A DNA stretch of 64,000 nucleotides. It comes from Octopus sinensis (taxonomy: Eukaryota). This document shows positions 1-14,361 of this stretch, piece after piece; position 1 is the stretch's first letter, and each line of letters starts with the position of its first letter. The notes under the pieces are model-generated. The model saw only the letters and a program-made list of their open reading frames with translations. It had not been told where the DNA came from and did not search any database. Location of the stretch: NCBI RefSeq assembly GCF_006345805.1, contig NC_043004.1:85932001-85996000 (forward strand). The letters are read 5' to 3'. The translations under genes were made by a program, and so were the position numbers.

Positions 1-548
1 CATGATCTTTAAAATTTCTCTGAGACATGGTTCTTCTGGGTATTATCTAGATGTTTCTGACATCCCTTTCTTACCATTCCTAGGACACCCTCAATAACAG
101 GAACAATTCTCGCTTTAAGATGCTACATATTTTGTATTTCAATTTCCGGGTCCTTATACTTACCTAATTTGTTAAATTCCTTTACAGACATATTTTTATC
201 TGTGGGAAAACTTCTATTAGTCTATTAGTATGTTTCTTTCCTGTCTTTAATGACTATGTCTGGTTGATTAGCCTGGATCGTTCTGTCGATGTTAACTGGA
301 AAATCCCAGAGGATAGTGACATTGTTACTTTCAACGACTGGCTCTGGATGATGTTCATAACAGTAAGCAGGAGTGCTGATTTTGTAGTGTTTACATATTT
401 TCCTATGTAAATACTGTCCTACCCTATCGTGGCAATTTTTGTATTCGTTTGGTGTCAGCACAGGACATTCTGAGACGAGACGATCTTTTGCTTCATCAAG
501 TTCATCGCAGAATCTGCATTTAGGGTCAGAACCGCTTTGAAGAACGTT
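1..548 (-). mobile_element. Degenerate R4/Dong-like RLE non-LTR retrotransposon, C-terminal zinc knuckle plus restriction-like endonuclease
   Basis: Minus-strand translation gives DPKCRFCDELDEAKDRLVSECPVLTPNEYKNCHDRVGQYLH...ILWDFPVNIDRTIQANQPDIV...KE..KLGKYKD.EIEI...IVPVIEGVLG, with frameshifts and stops. This is the typical CCHC + PD..D RLE motif order. Confidence 0.85.
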
Positions 549-757
549 AGACAGGCATGATAAATGGAGGATAAAATTGTCTACATCTTAGAATGTTACT
601 GGTACCTCTGTTTGCGTTACCTTGCCTTGGGCTCTCAGGAATCGGGGTGGGCATCATTATGAAATACCACATAACTTGGGCATTTTAAGACAAGGGACAA
701 ATCAATCACTCGCGTGGACGCGGCCGATGTCTTCTAGAATAGAGGCATATAAAATAA

Positions 758-788
<31 letters not shown>

Positions 789-1767
789 AAATGTGACAGA
801 CAGGCAGACAAAATGTCTGACCGAGAGGCAGACAGAAAAATGTGTGACAGACAGACAGAAGGACATATGGAAAGAAAGGAACCCTGTTTTGTGTACATTT
901 GACGGTCTCGAAAGCAAAATCACCTTTGTAGGTATTTGAACTATTGTGTGTGTGTTTGTGTTAGTGTACTCATGCTTATGTTTATTTTTATACACACACA
1001 CACATACACAAAACACACACACACCAATACACGTCTATATTTATGTATGTATACATGTTTTTCTCTGAGTTTTATTTACGTTCTTCGTAAGAGAGTACAT
1101 TCAAGTTGATCGCCAAGAAAGCGAAGAAAGTGTTTGGTCTTCAGAGAGTTCCCGTTGTTTGTTAAAGCAAAACTAACCCCTCAGACGTAGGAAAATACCC
1201 CTAAATGGCAGATGCTCTCACTCAGCGGGAATAAAACCCAGGAAAACCAAATATGGCATATATCAAGAGCAATGTTAGTTATACCAAACACCCTAATATT
1301 CGAATTTCTACATTATATATTCGTGACCTAATTATAAATTCAAAATGACCGACAAGGCAAACATACCCTTAATTTAGGTCAATTTTTCTACCAAACTATC
1401 AAGGATAATATGCTCTAACTTGGAATGCCAACAGATTGGGGTACAGACTAGATGCTGATTCAAAGATATTGATGAAGTTGACCTAGATTTCGTTGTGGAA
1501 TTACTCATAGTCATATACAACAGTTCAAGCGTTTCTGACACTACAACAGTATCTAGACAAGTATCAAATTAATTCACATGCAAAATTTAGCCAATTACAT
1601 CAATTACTCTCGGAGATATCACTACCTATGCTACTCATTGTCAGAAATGCCATTTTGAGAAAAACGCAAAAACCGCTGTGAATGGTTGATTTTACATCAA
1701 TGCCCAACTACTCGAGGATAATATCCATATTTCAGTGAAATATTTGCAATTTTTTCAGTTTTTTCAT

Positions 1768-2182
1768 AGGTGTAGGAGTGGCTTTGCTGTAAATAGCTTG
1801 CTTAGCAACCACATGGTTCCAGGTTCAGTCCCACTGTGTGGCACCTTGGGCAAGTGTCTTCTACTATAGCCTCGGGTAGACCAAAGCCTTGTGAGTGGAT
1901 TTGGTAGACGGTAACTGAAAGAAGCCCCTTGTATATATGTATATATATATATATATATATGTACGTGTGTGTATATGCTTGTGTGTCTGTGTTTGTCCCC
2001 CAACATCGCTTAAAAATCGATGCTGGTGTATTTACGTCCCCGTAACTTAGCGGTTCGGCAAAAGAGACCGGTAGAATAAGTACTAGGCTTACAAAGAATA
2101 AGTCCTGGGGTTGATTTGCTCGACTTAAGGCATGGCCGCAGTCAAATGGCTGAAACAAATAGAAGAATAAAAGAATAAAAGA
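1768..2182 (+). mobile_element. tRNA-derived SINE, CORE-like family C (resembles octopus OR-type), full length with internal microsatellite
   Basis: Head ggagtggct...ggttcagtcccactg; CORE-like caccttgggcaagtgtcttctac; internal (TA)/(TG) tract; tail gcatggccgcagtcaaatg. Many similar copies occur in the window. Confidence 0.8.
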
Positions 2183-3023
2183 GTTTAGTAACGCCTAGAG
2201 CTATATCCTTTGCTATTTTTCTTAGAATTTGCTATCTGAAATCTGAGGTATTAGTCTTGTCTTACTATGTGGTTGTTTGGCGTATTGGCTGAGTTATCAA
2301 TGCATATAAACCAAGTGTGTGTATTTATGTATGTATGTCCAACAACAATAGCATCTCACACCTTCTGTGAAGGATAGCCTTCGATTGAAAAGTGAGGCAT
2401 TAAAATGATCGTTTATAATGAATCGTTATTGTATGGTGAAGGTCCTTTACATTCTTAAATATAAACGAGATCAACAGCTGCTCAAGAAGGACGTATGGCG
2501 GACACGAGTACGCGTGTTTGCTTGTGAGTTAATGTGTGACCAAGAATCTACATAGAACAAGTATGCATATATAATAATCTGTGTATGTGTGTGTATGGGT
2601 GTGTATGTGTATGCGTGTGTGTGTGTGAGAGTGTGTTTGAAGTCCGTGTGTGAACGAAAGGACACGAGCCTTGGTATTGTTTTGCTCACCTTCCCCTATC
2701 TCGTCCATTGATAAAAGAATGACAAGCGAAGTCATACAGAGGTGAAGTGACAAAAAGGTATTTTTCCTAGCGTACCCCACACACCATTTCCCTATCATGA
2801 ATAACGACAACAAAACAAACAGCCGACAGTCTTGGCTCTTTATTTCCCTTCAAATCTTCACAGTTTCCAGGAGCTGTTATCGCCTTAACATATCTACTAC
2901 ATTTGAATGCCGCACTTATTTGAGCAATGGAGGTTAATGGAATTTTTAATAACATTTTCTGTACGGATTATATACATACCTACATAGACCCGCACTCACA
3001 GGTATTCATGCACACAGACTCAT

Positions 3024-3420
3024 ACATTTCTTCTCTAGGCACGAGGCACGAAATTTGCGGGGAGGAGGCAGTCGATCAGATCAACGCCTGTACGCAACTG
3101 GTATTTAATTTATCGAACCCGAATGGATGAAAGGCAAAGTCGACCTCGCGGAATTTGAACTCAGAACGTAGCGACAGACAAAATACCTATTTCTTTACTA
3201 CCCAGAAGGGGCTAAACAAAGAGGGGACAAACAATGACTCACACACGGGCTAAGTCGATTATATCGACCCCAGTGCGTAACTGGTACTTATTTAATCGAC
3301 CCCGAAAGAATGAAAGGCAAAGTCGACCTCGGTGGATTTGAACTCAGAACGTAACGGTAGACGAAATACGGCTACGCATTTCGCCCGGCATGTTAACGTT
3401 TCTGCCAGCTCGCCGCCTTC
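3024..3420 (-). mobile_element. tRNA-derived SINE family A/B, dimer (head-body-tailA-body-tailB)
   Basis: A-box gctggcagaaacg, B-box gttcaaatcc, and body gcctttcatcctttcggggtcgattaaataagtaccag present twice, joined at aaagaaatag|gtattt. Confidence 0.85.
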
Positions 3421-3602
3421 ACACAGACTAATACTGACACATGAAACACCAAGATTCCATCTTCGCACAAATTTTATTTATTTATTTATTTTCATGGAGA
3501 GCCTGTAAAATTCCTACTATTCGCAAAGATCGTTAGGATATCGAGCTCAGTGCGTTCCTTCTTCGAAAATAGTACATGCACACACATAGAGATACGTATG
3601 TA

Positions 3603-4083
3603 TGTTCCGAGTTCAGTCCTACTGCGTGGCATTTTGGGCAACTGTCTTCTACTCTAGCCTCGGGCTGACCAAAGCCGTGTGAGTGGATTTAGTATACGGA
3701 AACTGAAATAAGCTTGTCTTTTATTATGTAGGGGGTGCGCGTTTCCGCGCATGTACGTGTGTACGCATATGTGTCTCTGTGTGTGAGTGTGTGCATCCGT
3801 GTGTATGTGTGAGTGTGTGCATCCGTGTGTGTGTGTGTGTGTGTGTGAGTGTTTGTACGTCTTTCTGCTTGGTTCTAACCACCATCGCCTGACGACCAAT
3901 GTGGGTGTGCTTACATCTCCAAAACTTGGCGCTTCGGCAAAAGACACCGACAGAATAATTACCCAATTTTCTTTTTTTTTTTTTGCCCAATAATATGTAC
4001 TGGGTTCGATTCATTCGATTAAAAATTCCACAAGGCATAGCCGTAGTCTAACGTTTGAAACAATTTCTGGATAAAAAATAAAA
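3603..4083 (+). mobile_element. SINE family C copy
   Basis: ttgggcaactgtcttctactctagcctcgggctgaccaaagcc...gaaactgaaa, internal (TG)n and a diverged tail. Confidence 0.75.
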
Positions 4084-4125
4084 CCCAACACACTCACACA
4101 CACACATACACACACACACACACAC

Positions 4126-5593
<1,468 letters not shown>

Positions 5594-5598
5594 TCTTC

Positions 5599-6249
5599 AG
5601 GCGACGAGATGGCAGAAACGTTAGCACGCCGGGCGAAATGTTTAGCGGTATTTCGTCTGCCGCTACGTTCTGAGTTCAAATTCCGCCGAGGTCGACTTTG
5701 CCTTTCATCTTTTCGGGGTCGATTGAATAAGTACCAGTTGCGCACTGGGGTCGTTGTAATCGACTTGATCCGTTTGACTATCCTTGTTTGTCCCCTCTGT
5801 GTTTGGCCCCTTGTGGGTAGTAAAGAAATAGGTATTTCGTCTGCCGCTATGTTCTGTGTTGAAATTCCGCCTAGGTCGACTTTGCCTTTCACCTTTTCGG
5901 GGTCTATTAAATAAGTACCAATTATGCACTGGGGTCGATGTAATCCCTTTGTCTGTCCTTGTTTGTCCTCTCTATATTTAGCCCCTTGTGGGTAATAAAC
6001 AAATAAGAATCGTTAGCACACCAGGCGCGTTTAGCCCATTGTGGGTAGTAAAGAAATAGGTATTTCGTCTGCCGTTACGTTCTGAGTTTAAATTCCGCCG
6101 CGGTCGACTTTGCTTTTCATCCTTTCGGGGTCGACTAAATAAGTACCAGTTACGCACTGGGGTCGATGTAGTCGACTTAATCCCTTTGTCTGTCCATGTT
6201 TATCCCCTCTATGTTTAGCCCTCACATCTGTGGGCAATACAGAAATTAG
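5599..6249 (+). mobile_element. SINE family A, trimer
   Basis: One head, then three body+tailA units; units 2 and 3 re-enter at aaagaaatag|gtatttcgtctgcc. Confidence 0.85.
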
Positions 6250-6282
6250 TATATATATATATATATATATTTATACATATAT

Positions 6283-6513
6283 TTGTTTCAGTTATTTGAC
6301 TGCGGCCATGCCGAAGCACCGCCTTTTGGTCGAAGTAATCGACCCTAGGCTTTATTCTTTGTAAGACCGGTACGTATACTATCGGTATTTTTTGTCAAAC
6401 TGCTAGGTTATGGGGGACGTAAACATACCAACATCGGTTGTCCAACGATGGATGGAGGGAACAAACACAGATACATAAATACAGACCACATATACACACA
6501 CAAACACACATAA

Positions 6514-6593
<80 letters not shown>

Positions 6594-7100
6594 ATATGTG
6601 ACAATTATTCGGTAGCCATGATAAAAGTCCGAGTTTCGGATGTCGGGGCGGAAACCCTCGCCGCTATCTCTTCAGTTATTAGGCCATCGGAAAAAATCAT
6701 GGCCACCGACTAATTGCCACATATTATATTTACAGATAAATTCCTCTATTTACATAATATCGAGGTCTTTTTCATTCTTTTGTTGTCTTATCGTTTCTGT
6801 CAATATATATATATATATACACACACACACATATACATGCATACATACATACATACATACATGCATACATACATACATACATACATACATACATACATAC
6901 ATACATACACACATTCATATGTATATATACACACACACACACACATACACACTTACCTTATGGTTCTTTTCAGTTTCCATCGGGAAAATCCACCCAGGCT
7001 TTCGTCGACCTGAGACTATATAGCAGGCACTTGCCCAAGCTGCCACGCAAGAGTACTGAACGCGGAACCATGTGTTTGCGAAGCAATCTACTTACCACAC
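6283..7100 (-). mobile_element. SINE family C whose internal microsatellite has been expanded and invaded
   Basis: Tail half at 6283-6500 and head half at 6960-7100 flank (TA)n, a foreign insert and (CATA)n. Confidence 0.7.
6585..6803 (-). mobile_element. Penelope-like terminal fragment with a degenerate hammerhead, inserted in (TA)n
   Basis: Minus strand reads CTGAAGA-(long imperfect stem II)-GAAAC at 6675-6633; stem III is broken; flanked by (TA)n on both sides. Confidence 0.5.
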
Positions 7101-7650
7101 ATATATATAATATTACTTTGTATTTTAAACTATATTCTTCTGTAAGTTGGCCTATTACATCGCTTTAATACCCGTTGATTAGCTTTTTGCCTACTCTGTA
7201 CACTTCTTTGTAAAATGCCTTGCGGGAAAGAATTTAAATGCTTTTCAAAGTCGATATTTTACGACTGAGATTTGACTAAATCTGTAGGAGCATTCACTGT
7301 CGCCTTTTAATACAGTTATTTCTTAGTGATTTTAGTATAGGCAAACATGGTATATTTGTGGTTGTTTCGTTTGAACGCTTACATCAACAAATGAAATTAT
7401 TGTACTGCTCGAATGTTTATCGTGAAGCGTTCCGGATATTAAATTTTAGTACGGAATAATTTTCTCGGTTTTTCTTTTTTATGTCTTGATATCTACCAGT
7501 AACATACTATATAGATGAACACACGCACGCACGCACGCACACACATACACACACACGCACGCACACACACATACACTAATATGTATGTATGATACATGCA
7601 GTGACATATAAAGTACATACATATATCTATGCATATGTATATATCCATAT

Positions 7651-7682
<32 letters not shown>

Positions 7683-7683
7683 T

Positions 7684-7742
<59 letters not shown>

Positions 7743-7769
7743 ATATAAATATATATGTATATACATATA

Positions 7770-8156
7770 TCTCTCTCTATATAAACGGCAGTTTGTCTGT
7801 GCGTGTTTCTGTGTGTCTGTTTTCTCGTACCCTCACCCTGACCACGGCTTTCAACCGATTCTGATGAAACTTGACACACACATAGCCCAATGTCATAATT
7901 CAAAACTAACGCAGCGAAAATTTTGAAAAGTTCCCCCAGTTCTGAAAAAAATCGATAAATTCGACATGGGGTCGAGAATAAAAAAAAACAAACCACAGAC
8001 TGTCTAGGGGACGCAACTCAACCTTTTTTTACTCTCAAAAAAAAATTTACCATCATTTTTTTTCCATTTTTTTGCTATTTTTTGGCTATAACTCTCTAAA
8101 AATGCTTTATAGTTATTTCCCTTACAAACCTGAGCAACGCCGGGCGATACTGCTAG
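7770..8156 (+). mobile_element. Non-autonomous Helitron-like element
   Basis: A|TC 5' start (tctctctctatataaac, then a gtctgt-type microsatellite); 3' GC-rich hairpin cctgagcaacgccggg; terminal CTAG|T; no TSD. Confidence 0.8.
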
Positions 8157-8159
8157 TAT

Positions 8160-8380
8160 ATACATATATATATGTATACACACACACATTGATAGATAGA
8201 TATACACACATGCACACACACACATATATATAAGAGTATATATATGTCAGTGTGTGGGGGTGTTTATACCTATATATCTGTGTGTGTATGTATAATAGAT
8301 ACACAGACATACATACAGACAGACATACATACAGACAGACATACATACATACAGACAGACAGGCAGATAGATAGATAGAT

Positions 8381-8444
<64 letters not shown>

Positions 8445-8638
8445 AGAATTGGTCCGGATGCATTGCGACCATAAAGAGAACAAACACTTCACGTCGGTTG
8501 TCGCATAGACTTTGCAATTTTCTCGTTGCAACTTTTGTGATTACCTGTAACAGAACACCTAACAAGATATATATGTAATGAATTGACACCTGCAATGAAT
8601 TGACATACGTGTATATATTTATGTCACACGCATATGCA

Positions 8639-8669
<31 letters not shown>

Positions 8670-8670
8670 A

Positions 8671-8731
<61 letters not shown>

Positions 8732-9200
8732 TGCATGCGTGTATGTATGTATGCATGTATGTGTGTGCATGCAAATGTATATAGACAGAACTACGTAGGC
8801 ATTCATATATGTATATAAATGAGCCTGTGAGTGTGTGAGTGTGTAAGTATGTGTTTGTGTGTGTGTGTGTGAGTGTTTATGTGTACGTTTGTGTGCGTTT
8901 GTGTGTGTGTATGTGCGTGCGTAATCAGTTTTCCTCTGGGTACACAAAACTATAACCTGAAGAATGCAAGCAGTATCTTTCAATCTACATGTGTGTCTAC
9001 GTGTGTATGTGTGTGTGTGTCTGTGTGTGTCTATGTGTGTGAGTCTCTGTGTTTGTGTGTGTGAGTGTGTGGATGCGTGTTTATTTTTGTTGTGTATGTG
9101 CGTGCATCTGCGCGTGTTTGTCCGAGTATACTTATAACTATGCATGTATTATCCATTTGCGTAACCACATAACCTCACACACACACAGACATACACACAC

Positions 9201-9236
<36 letters not shown>

Positions 9237-9270
9237 CACACACACACACAACATAAACACACACACAGGC
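8160..9270. repeat. Compound microsatellite field (GATA, TA, TATG, TG, CA)
   Basis: Directly visible simple repeats; they explain all ORFs in this interval. Confidence 0.95.
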
Positions 9271-9599
9271 GCCCACGCACACAGAGTTCAGAGCGAAAAT
9301 TCCAATTTATTGTTGCTTAACCTAAGCCACAATAATTCACATCTGAATTCATACGCAAAGTACGAGACTAATAACATCTCTATTGGCGCCTTTGTAATAC
9401 AATCATTGTCTAATTTGTTCCAGACACGGGAATATGCCCTCATCTTCTGAATATCTTTGTTACACAGCATGCAATCGTATTGAGTTTATACGTTGACTAT
9501 TTGCATACAAGTATGTCTTGTTTGAAATATATCGTGAACGTCAGAAGTCTTGCGATACAGCGTGCAGTGTATTCTCAACTGGAATAGCAAACGATATAT

Positions 9600-10420
9600 G
9601 GATCCTCTAAGGATAATCTTCGATCTCACATATGCTTATGACCTGCTGAAGTGAGGTGAAATTAGATAACCCGTACTTACCCATACTTACCCATATTTTC
9701 AAAACAAAAATAAGAAGATTGGGAGATATTCTGAGCTCGTGTAAAGGGGTACTAACCCATGCGAGATACAAAGATCCACATGGAGACACAGTCATGTCCT
9801 TAGATTGTACGTGATTTGTAAAGCGAGAAATAAGACAAAGTCACCAGAATCTCCAGTAATATTCTACATTGCAGGGTGCCGCAGTCTGTGGCTTGGAATA
9901 GCTGTACCACCGGAATCATAATTGCAGAGGATAACTGGGAGAGGTCAGCAGACCCTTCAGAATGGAAAAAATTCATCCAGAAATCGTTAACAAGAGGACC
10001 TACACTTGCACTCCGATCAAAACAACTATTTCTAAATGAATTCACAGTAACATATAAATGGAGAATGGAGGAATCCGATGTCTACAATACTGAGAAATAT
10101 GGCAGTTAAACATCAATTTGAGAGATCAGGCTTCCAAATAAAAGTCCTCTCTACAAATGTTGGAGGGGATGTTTGTAAGGGCAAATCTATTGACAAACTC
10201 ATGAAACGGTTCTCAGTTTCTGCGACGGGGTCGTGGGCTGGGACAGAGAAAGCGGTGTCAGAGCTCTTAAGACCATGGCGGGAGCAATTAAGAAGATTTC
10301 TGACTGGATGTGGTCAAGAAGGAATGAAAGTAAACTTCAGAAACAATAATTTACCTTCCGATCATCTGGTGTCTCCAGGGCCAGGTTGTTACAACGTGCA
10401 GGGTACTTTGGGTCAGCGAC
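9600..10420 (+). mobile_element. Highly degenerate RLE non-LTR retrotransposon 3' part, most like the HERO/NeSL group
   Basis: Across frames: LRIIFDLTYAYDLL; LGDILSSCKGVLTHARY; TWRHSHVLR; LFLNEFTVTYKWRMEE...EKY; RALKTMAGAIKKISDWMWSRRNE. These correspond to HILSSC..GRY.WRH..VL / ELTVPWE / S.WIW motifs. Confidence 0.7.
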
Positions 10421-10692
10421 ATCTTGAATGTCCAGGAGTTGCAAAGCATACGCTCATTCAATATGCTCTTTACTAAACTCTGAAGCAAACGCATGATTTA
10501 TTTTAAAGAGTGAGTATCTAATCAGGTTCTGACAAATGATATTGGTATGAATGCCCATACACACATAGGCATACAGGCACATATACATATACATAAAAAC
10601 ACACAATCATAATTTTCGTACATAAATAGGCGTGTGTAATATACCTTATTACACTTATATGTGTTGATGTATATATATATATATATATAATA

Positions 10693-10733
<41 letters not shown>

Positions 10734-10776
10734 CATATATACATACATACGCATATCTATAGATATATACAGATAT

Positions 10777-10824
<48 letters not shown>

Positions 10825-10904
10825 TATATATATATATAAGTATGTTTATTTTATATATGTGTGTGTTTATGTGTCTGTAGTTGGCCATGCAAATGTATGT
10901 GTGT

Positions 10905-10941
<37 letters not shown>

Positions 10942-11026
10942 TACGTATCTATGTATTCATATGTCTATACATTAACTCAGAAGGCACATAGCTTTCGTAA
11001 CTTTTAGTTTCATTCATTCATACATC

Positions 11027-11070
<44 letters not shown>

Positions 11071-11379
11071 GTTTCCGTGCTTTGGAATATACATTCTAAG
11101 TAATTGGTGCCATTCATGTTTCTTGGCCGTTTCGACCTTAGCTAGATAAAGTGTGCTGAAACAACAAAGTTCCTCATAACGTTGGAAATTAATGGATGAA
11201 AAGCACGGAATTGATTCCTACAATCATTTGTCTTTGATTGGCTGGTTCCGAAAATTTTATATTCCTGGCCTATACTGCCAAATTATATCTACATTCACAG
11301 AATATGGTATTCGAGTATTCACATTTGGCTTATATTCGGAGAAAGAAAAGCAAAAATAGAAGAAAAAAAAAATCAATTT

Positions 11380-11700
11380 CATAAAATGCAGGTTATTTTG
11401 GTTGGAGGGTTTTATTGAATAGACAAAAATGGTTTTGGCAGTTAATATTTTCTAATCTAGTTTTGTTTTGATGTAGTAAAGTTTTGCACAAATTCAATAG
11501 CCAGTATTGCATGGGTATTTGGTGATTAGTATAGCTTAGTATAGTCAGCAAATGGCTAACATAACTATTTGTTATATTCGAGTCTTTTCTGTCTTTTCTA
11601 TTTTGGTGAGATAGTATACAGTGTTCAAAGGGATAGCGTGACTCTTTGGTATATTCAGGACAGTCTTTGACTTCTGTGTCCGTTATTCATAGATCTTTAC
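11380..11700 (-). mobile_element. Very old CR1/L2-type RT remnant
   Basis: Only PFADYTKL (FADDTKL-like) and NIPKSHAIPL (GVPQGS..GPL-like) traces remain. Confidence 0.35.
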
Positions 11701-11910
11701 TTCTGTTCTTTCATTTTTATTTGTTTAGGTCCTAGGACAGTAGTGACCATGCTGCAGCACCGAATTTGAAGGATTTTTGTCGATTGAATTTTTATTTCTG
11801 ATATGTATTCATTCGATCTCTGTCTTTTGCCGTTTACCTAGCTCGCGGGAACGTAAACAAACGAATAGCGGTTGTTGTCAAGCAGCGAAATGCAAATATA
11901 ACACAATACT

Positions 11911-12230
11911 GCCACTCCGTCGCTTACGACGACGGGAGTTCTAGTTGATCCGATTAACGGAAAAGCCTCCTCGTAAGATTAACGTGCAAGTGGTTGAACA
12001 CCCCACAGACACGTGTGCCCTTAACGTAGCTCTGAGATTCAGCGTGACAAATAATAAGAAAAACCGACCATTTTTGAAAGGAAGGTACTTCTCGGCTCTG
12101 TCGGCTGAGGTTGCCGGAACAGCGAGAAATACAGTGTCGTGCCTAAGGCAACAAAGCGCCATCGGGTTTCGAACTCAGAAGCTTACAATCGTGAGTGAAA
12201 TACCCTAACCACTAAGCCATGAACCTTCAC
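11911..12230 (-). mobile_element. tRNA-derived SINE family D
   Basis: Head ggttcatggcttagtggttagggtatttcactcacg...gagttcgaaacc; tail acgttaagggcacacgtgtctg...gtcgtaagcgacggagtggc shared with the copies at 28.5, 30.6 and 61.2 kb. Confidence 0.75.
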
Positions 12231-12323
12231 TAGAACACAATAACACATACATAGACACACATGCACACACGCACACACACATATATACAAATAATATGAC
12301 TACAAATATATATAAAAATATAC

Positions 12324-12482
12324 ATAGTGGCTGTGTGGTAAGTAGCTTGTTTACCAACCACATGGTTCCGGGTTCAGCCCCACTGCGTGGCACCTTGGGC
12401 AAGTGTCTTCTACTATGGCCTCGGGCCGACCAAAGCCTTGTGAGTGGATTTGATCGACGGAAACTGAAAGAAGCCCGTCGTA

Positions 12483-12513
<31 letters not shown>

Positions 12514-12648
12514 GCGTGTGTGTGTTTGTGTGTCTATGTTTGTCCCCCTAGCATTGCTTGACAACCGATGCTGGTGTGTTTATGTCCCCGTAACTTAGCG
12601 GTTCGGCAAAAGAGACCGATAGAATGAGTGCTGGGCTTACAAAAGATT
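12324..12648 (+). mobile_element. SINE family C copy
   Basis: Near-consensus head, CORE-like segment and internal microsatellite; tail truncated. Confidence 0.8.
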
Positions 12649-13374
12649 CACACGCACAACATTGCAAGACTCGGAAATACACTTGTGCAGAGTTCTGTGC
12701 AATGAGTCTGATTTCGAAACTAGAAAGCTATAACTAAAGCCCCATCTACTGAAAGGAGGTGTATGGGTATATTCTATCCAGTCCCGTATCTAAGAGTCAA
12801 TTACGCTCTATGCCTCTCGAGTAAGCACCGACGGAAGGGAACGAGACTGAAATTTTCAATTTTGAAATAAACCAAGAGATGACAACGAGAAACCGCTGCT
12901 GCATCTTTCACAAGAAAAATCATGAAACTTCGGTCCTTGGCAGAGATTTCCTTGATCAGTGACGCCTTTAGACATGAAAGGAAGAAGTACTGCATTATCT
13001 TATAACCTTTATTCATTACTATATTATACGGTTTAAGTAATATTTTACTGTTATTTATATTAGAACACAGAGACCAAAGCGAACTGCCAGCGATCACTCG
13101 AGTGTCACAAAAGCAGGCAGATACACATGCACACGTACATACACACACACACATACAAGCACGCACATACGTTCAGACACAGATACACGTGTATATATTT
13201 GCAATTGACTTCTACACAGTTTCTTACCTGCCAAATTCAATCATGAGTCATTTGTCAGCCTGGGGCTAAAATAGAAGATACTTGGTAAATATGGTAAGCA
13301 GTGAGACTGAACCCGAAACGAGGCGTTTGCAAAGCACCCTTTTTCGCAATACAGATGCGCCTGCGAGTACATAA

Positions 13375-13432
<58 letters not shown>

Positions 13433-13462
13433 GGATAGATAGATAGATAGATAGATAGATAT

Positions 13463-13513
<51 letters not shown>

Positions 13514-13534
13514 TATAGATAGATAGATAGATAT

Positions 13535-13567
<33 letters not shown>

Positions 13568-13672
13568 GAGATAGATAGATAGATAGATAGATAGATATAT
13601 AGATAGATAGATATATAGATATAAATAATATACGTATTTATATATATATGTATATATATATATATGTATGTA

Positions 13673-13736
<64 letters not shown>

Positions 13737-13740
13737 ATAT
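13375..13740. repeat. (GATA)n followed by (TA)n
   Basis: Directly visible simple repeats. Confidence 0.95.
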
Positions 13741-14069
13741 ATTGTGAAATAGAAAGATGAATAATCTTGTTGCAGATTAAGCAAAAGTTTAAACGATACC
13801 TTGGTAGCAAAAATCACAGCAGAAGACAGCACGGTTGGAGGTACAACCATATGGTGTTGCAACCGTGCGTTGGTGCGGATAATTGAATTTTAATATTATT
13901 AGTGAATTGAAGAAATGGAGTTGAACGAAGATTGAACAGAAATCGTTTTGTTGCATTCTACACGTGTTTCGAAAGGCACAATTTACCAAATTCCGATTGA
14001 ATAAGGAGACCATATTGTGTCTATCTCTTCAGGAAGAAATAGGAAATCCGTTGGAAAAAACAAACACAG

Positions 14070-14123
<54 letters not shown>

Positions 14124-14223
14124 TAATATTAATTAGGACAAAACCACTATTTTGCAAATCAAACAAGAAAGACTTAATCCATACATAAACATATTTTAAT
14201 ATAATTAAATAAAATTATATTCG

Positions 14224-14268
14224 CCACTACATTGTTTCATGTCTCTTCTCAGGACATTCATCAGGTGG
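14224..14268 (-). ncRNA. Type I hammerhead ribozyme, inverted copy
   Basis: Reverse complement reads ccac-CTGATGA-atgtc[ctgagaaga]gacat-GAAAC-aat-GTA-gtgg; stem III is one nt shorter. Confidence 0.75.
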
Positions 14269-14316
14269 ATTTCAGATCTTCTATTCTAACTTAAAATAGA
14301 ATAGAAGATCTGAAAT

Positions 14317-14361
14317 CCACCTGATGAATGTCCTGAGAAAGACATGAAACAATTGTAGTGG
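14317..14361 (+). ncRNA. Type I hammerhead ribozyme (minimal, palindromic stem III)
   Basis: ccac-CTGATGA-atgtc[ctgagaaa]gacat-GAAAC-aatt-GTA-gtgg. Stem I ccac/gtgg, intact core, 5-bp stem II, palindrome ACAATTGT; predicted cleavage after A14357. Confidence 0.85.

Noticed and set aside
7861-7875. CTGATGAAAC hammerhead-like core
   Set aside because: No stem II between core halves and no stem I; it lies within the Helitron-like element.
11073-11210. 11-bp inverted repeat ttccgtgcttt / aaagcacggaa
   Set aside because: Too short and without a TSD; cannot distinguish a MITE relic from chance.
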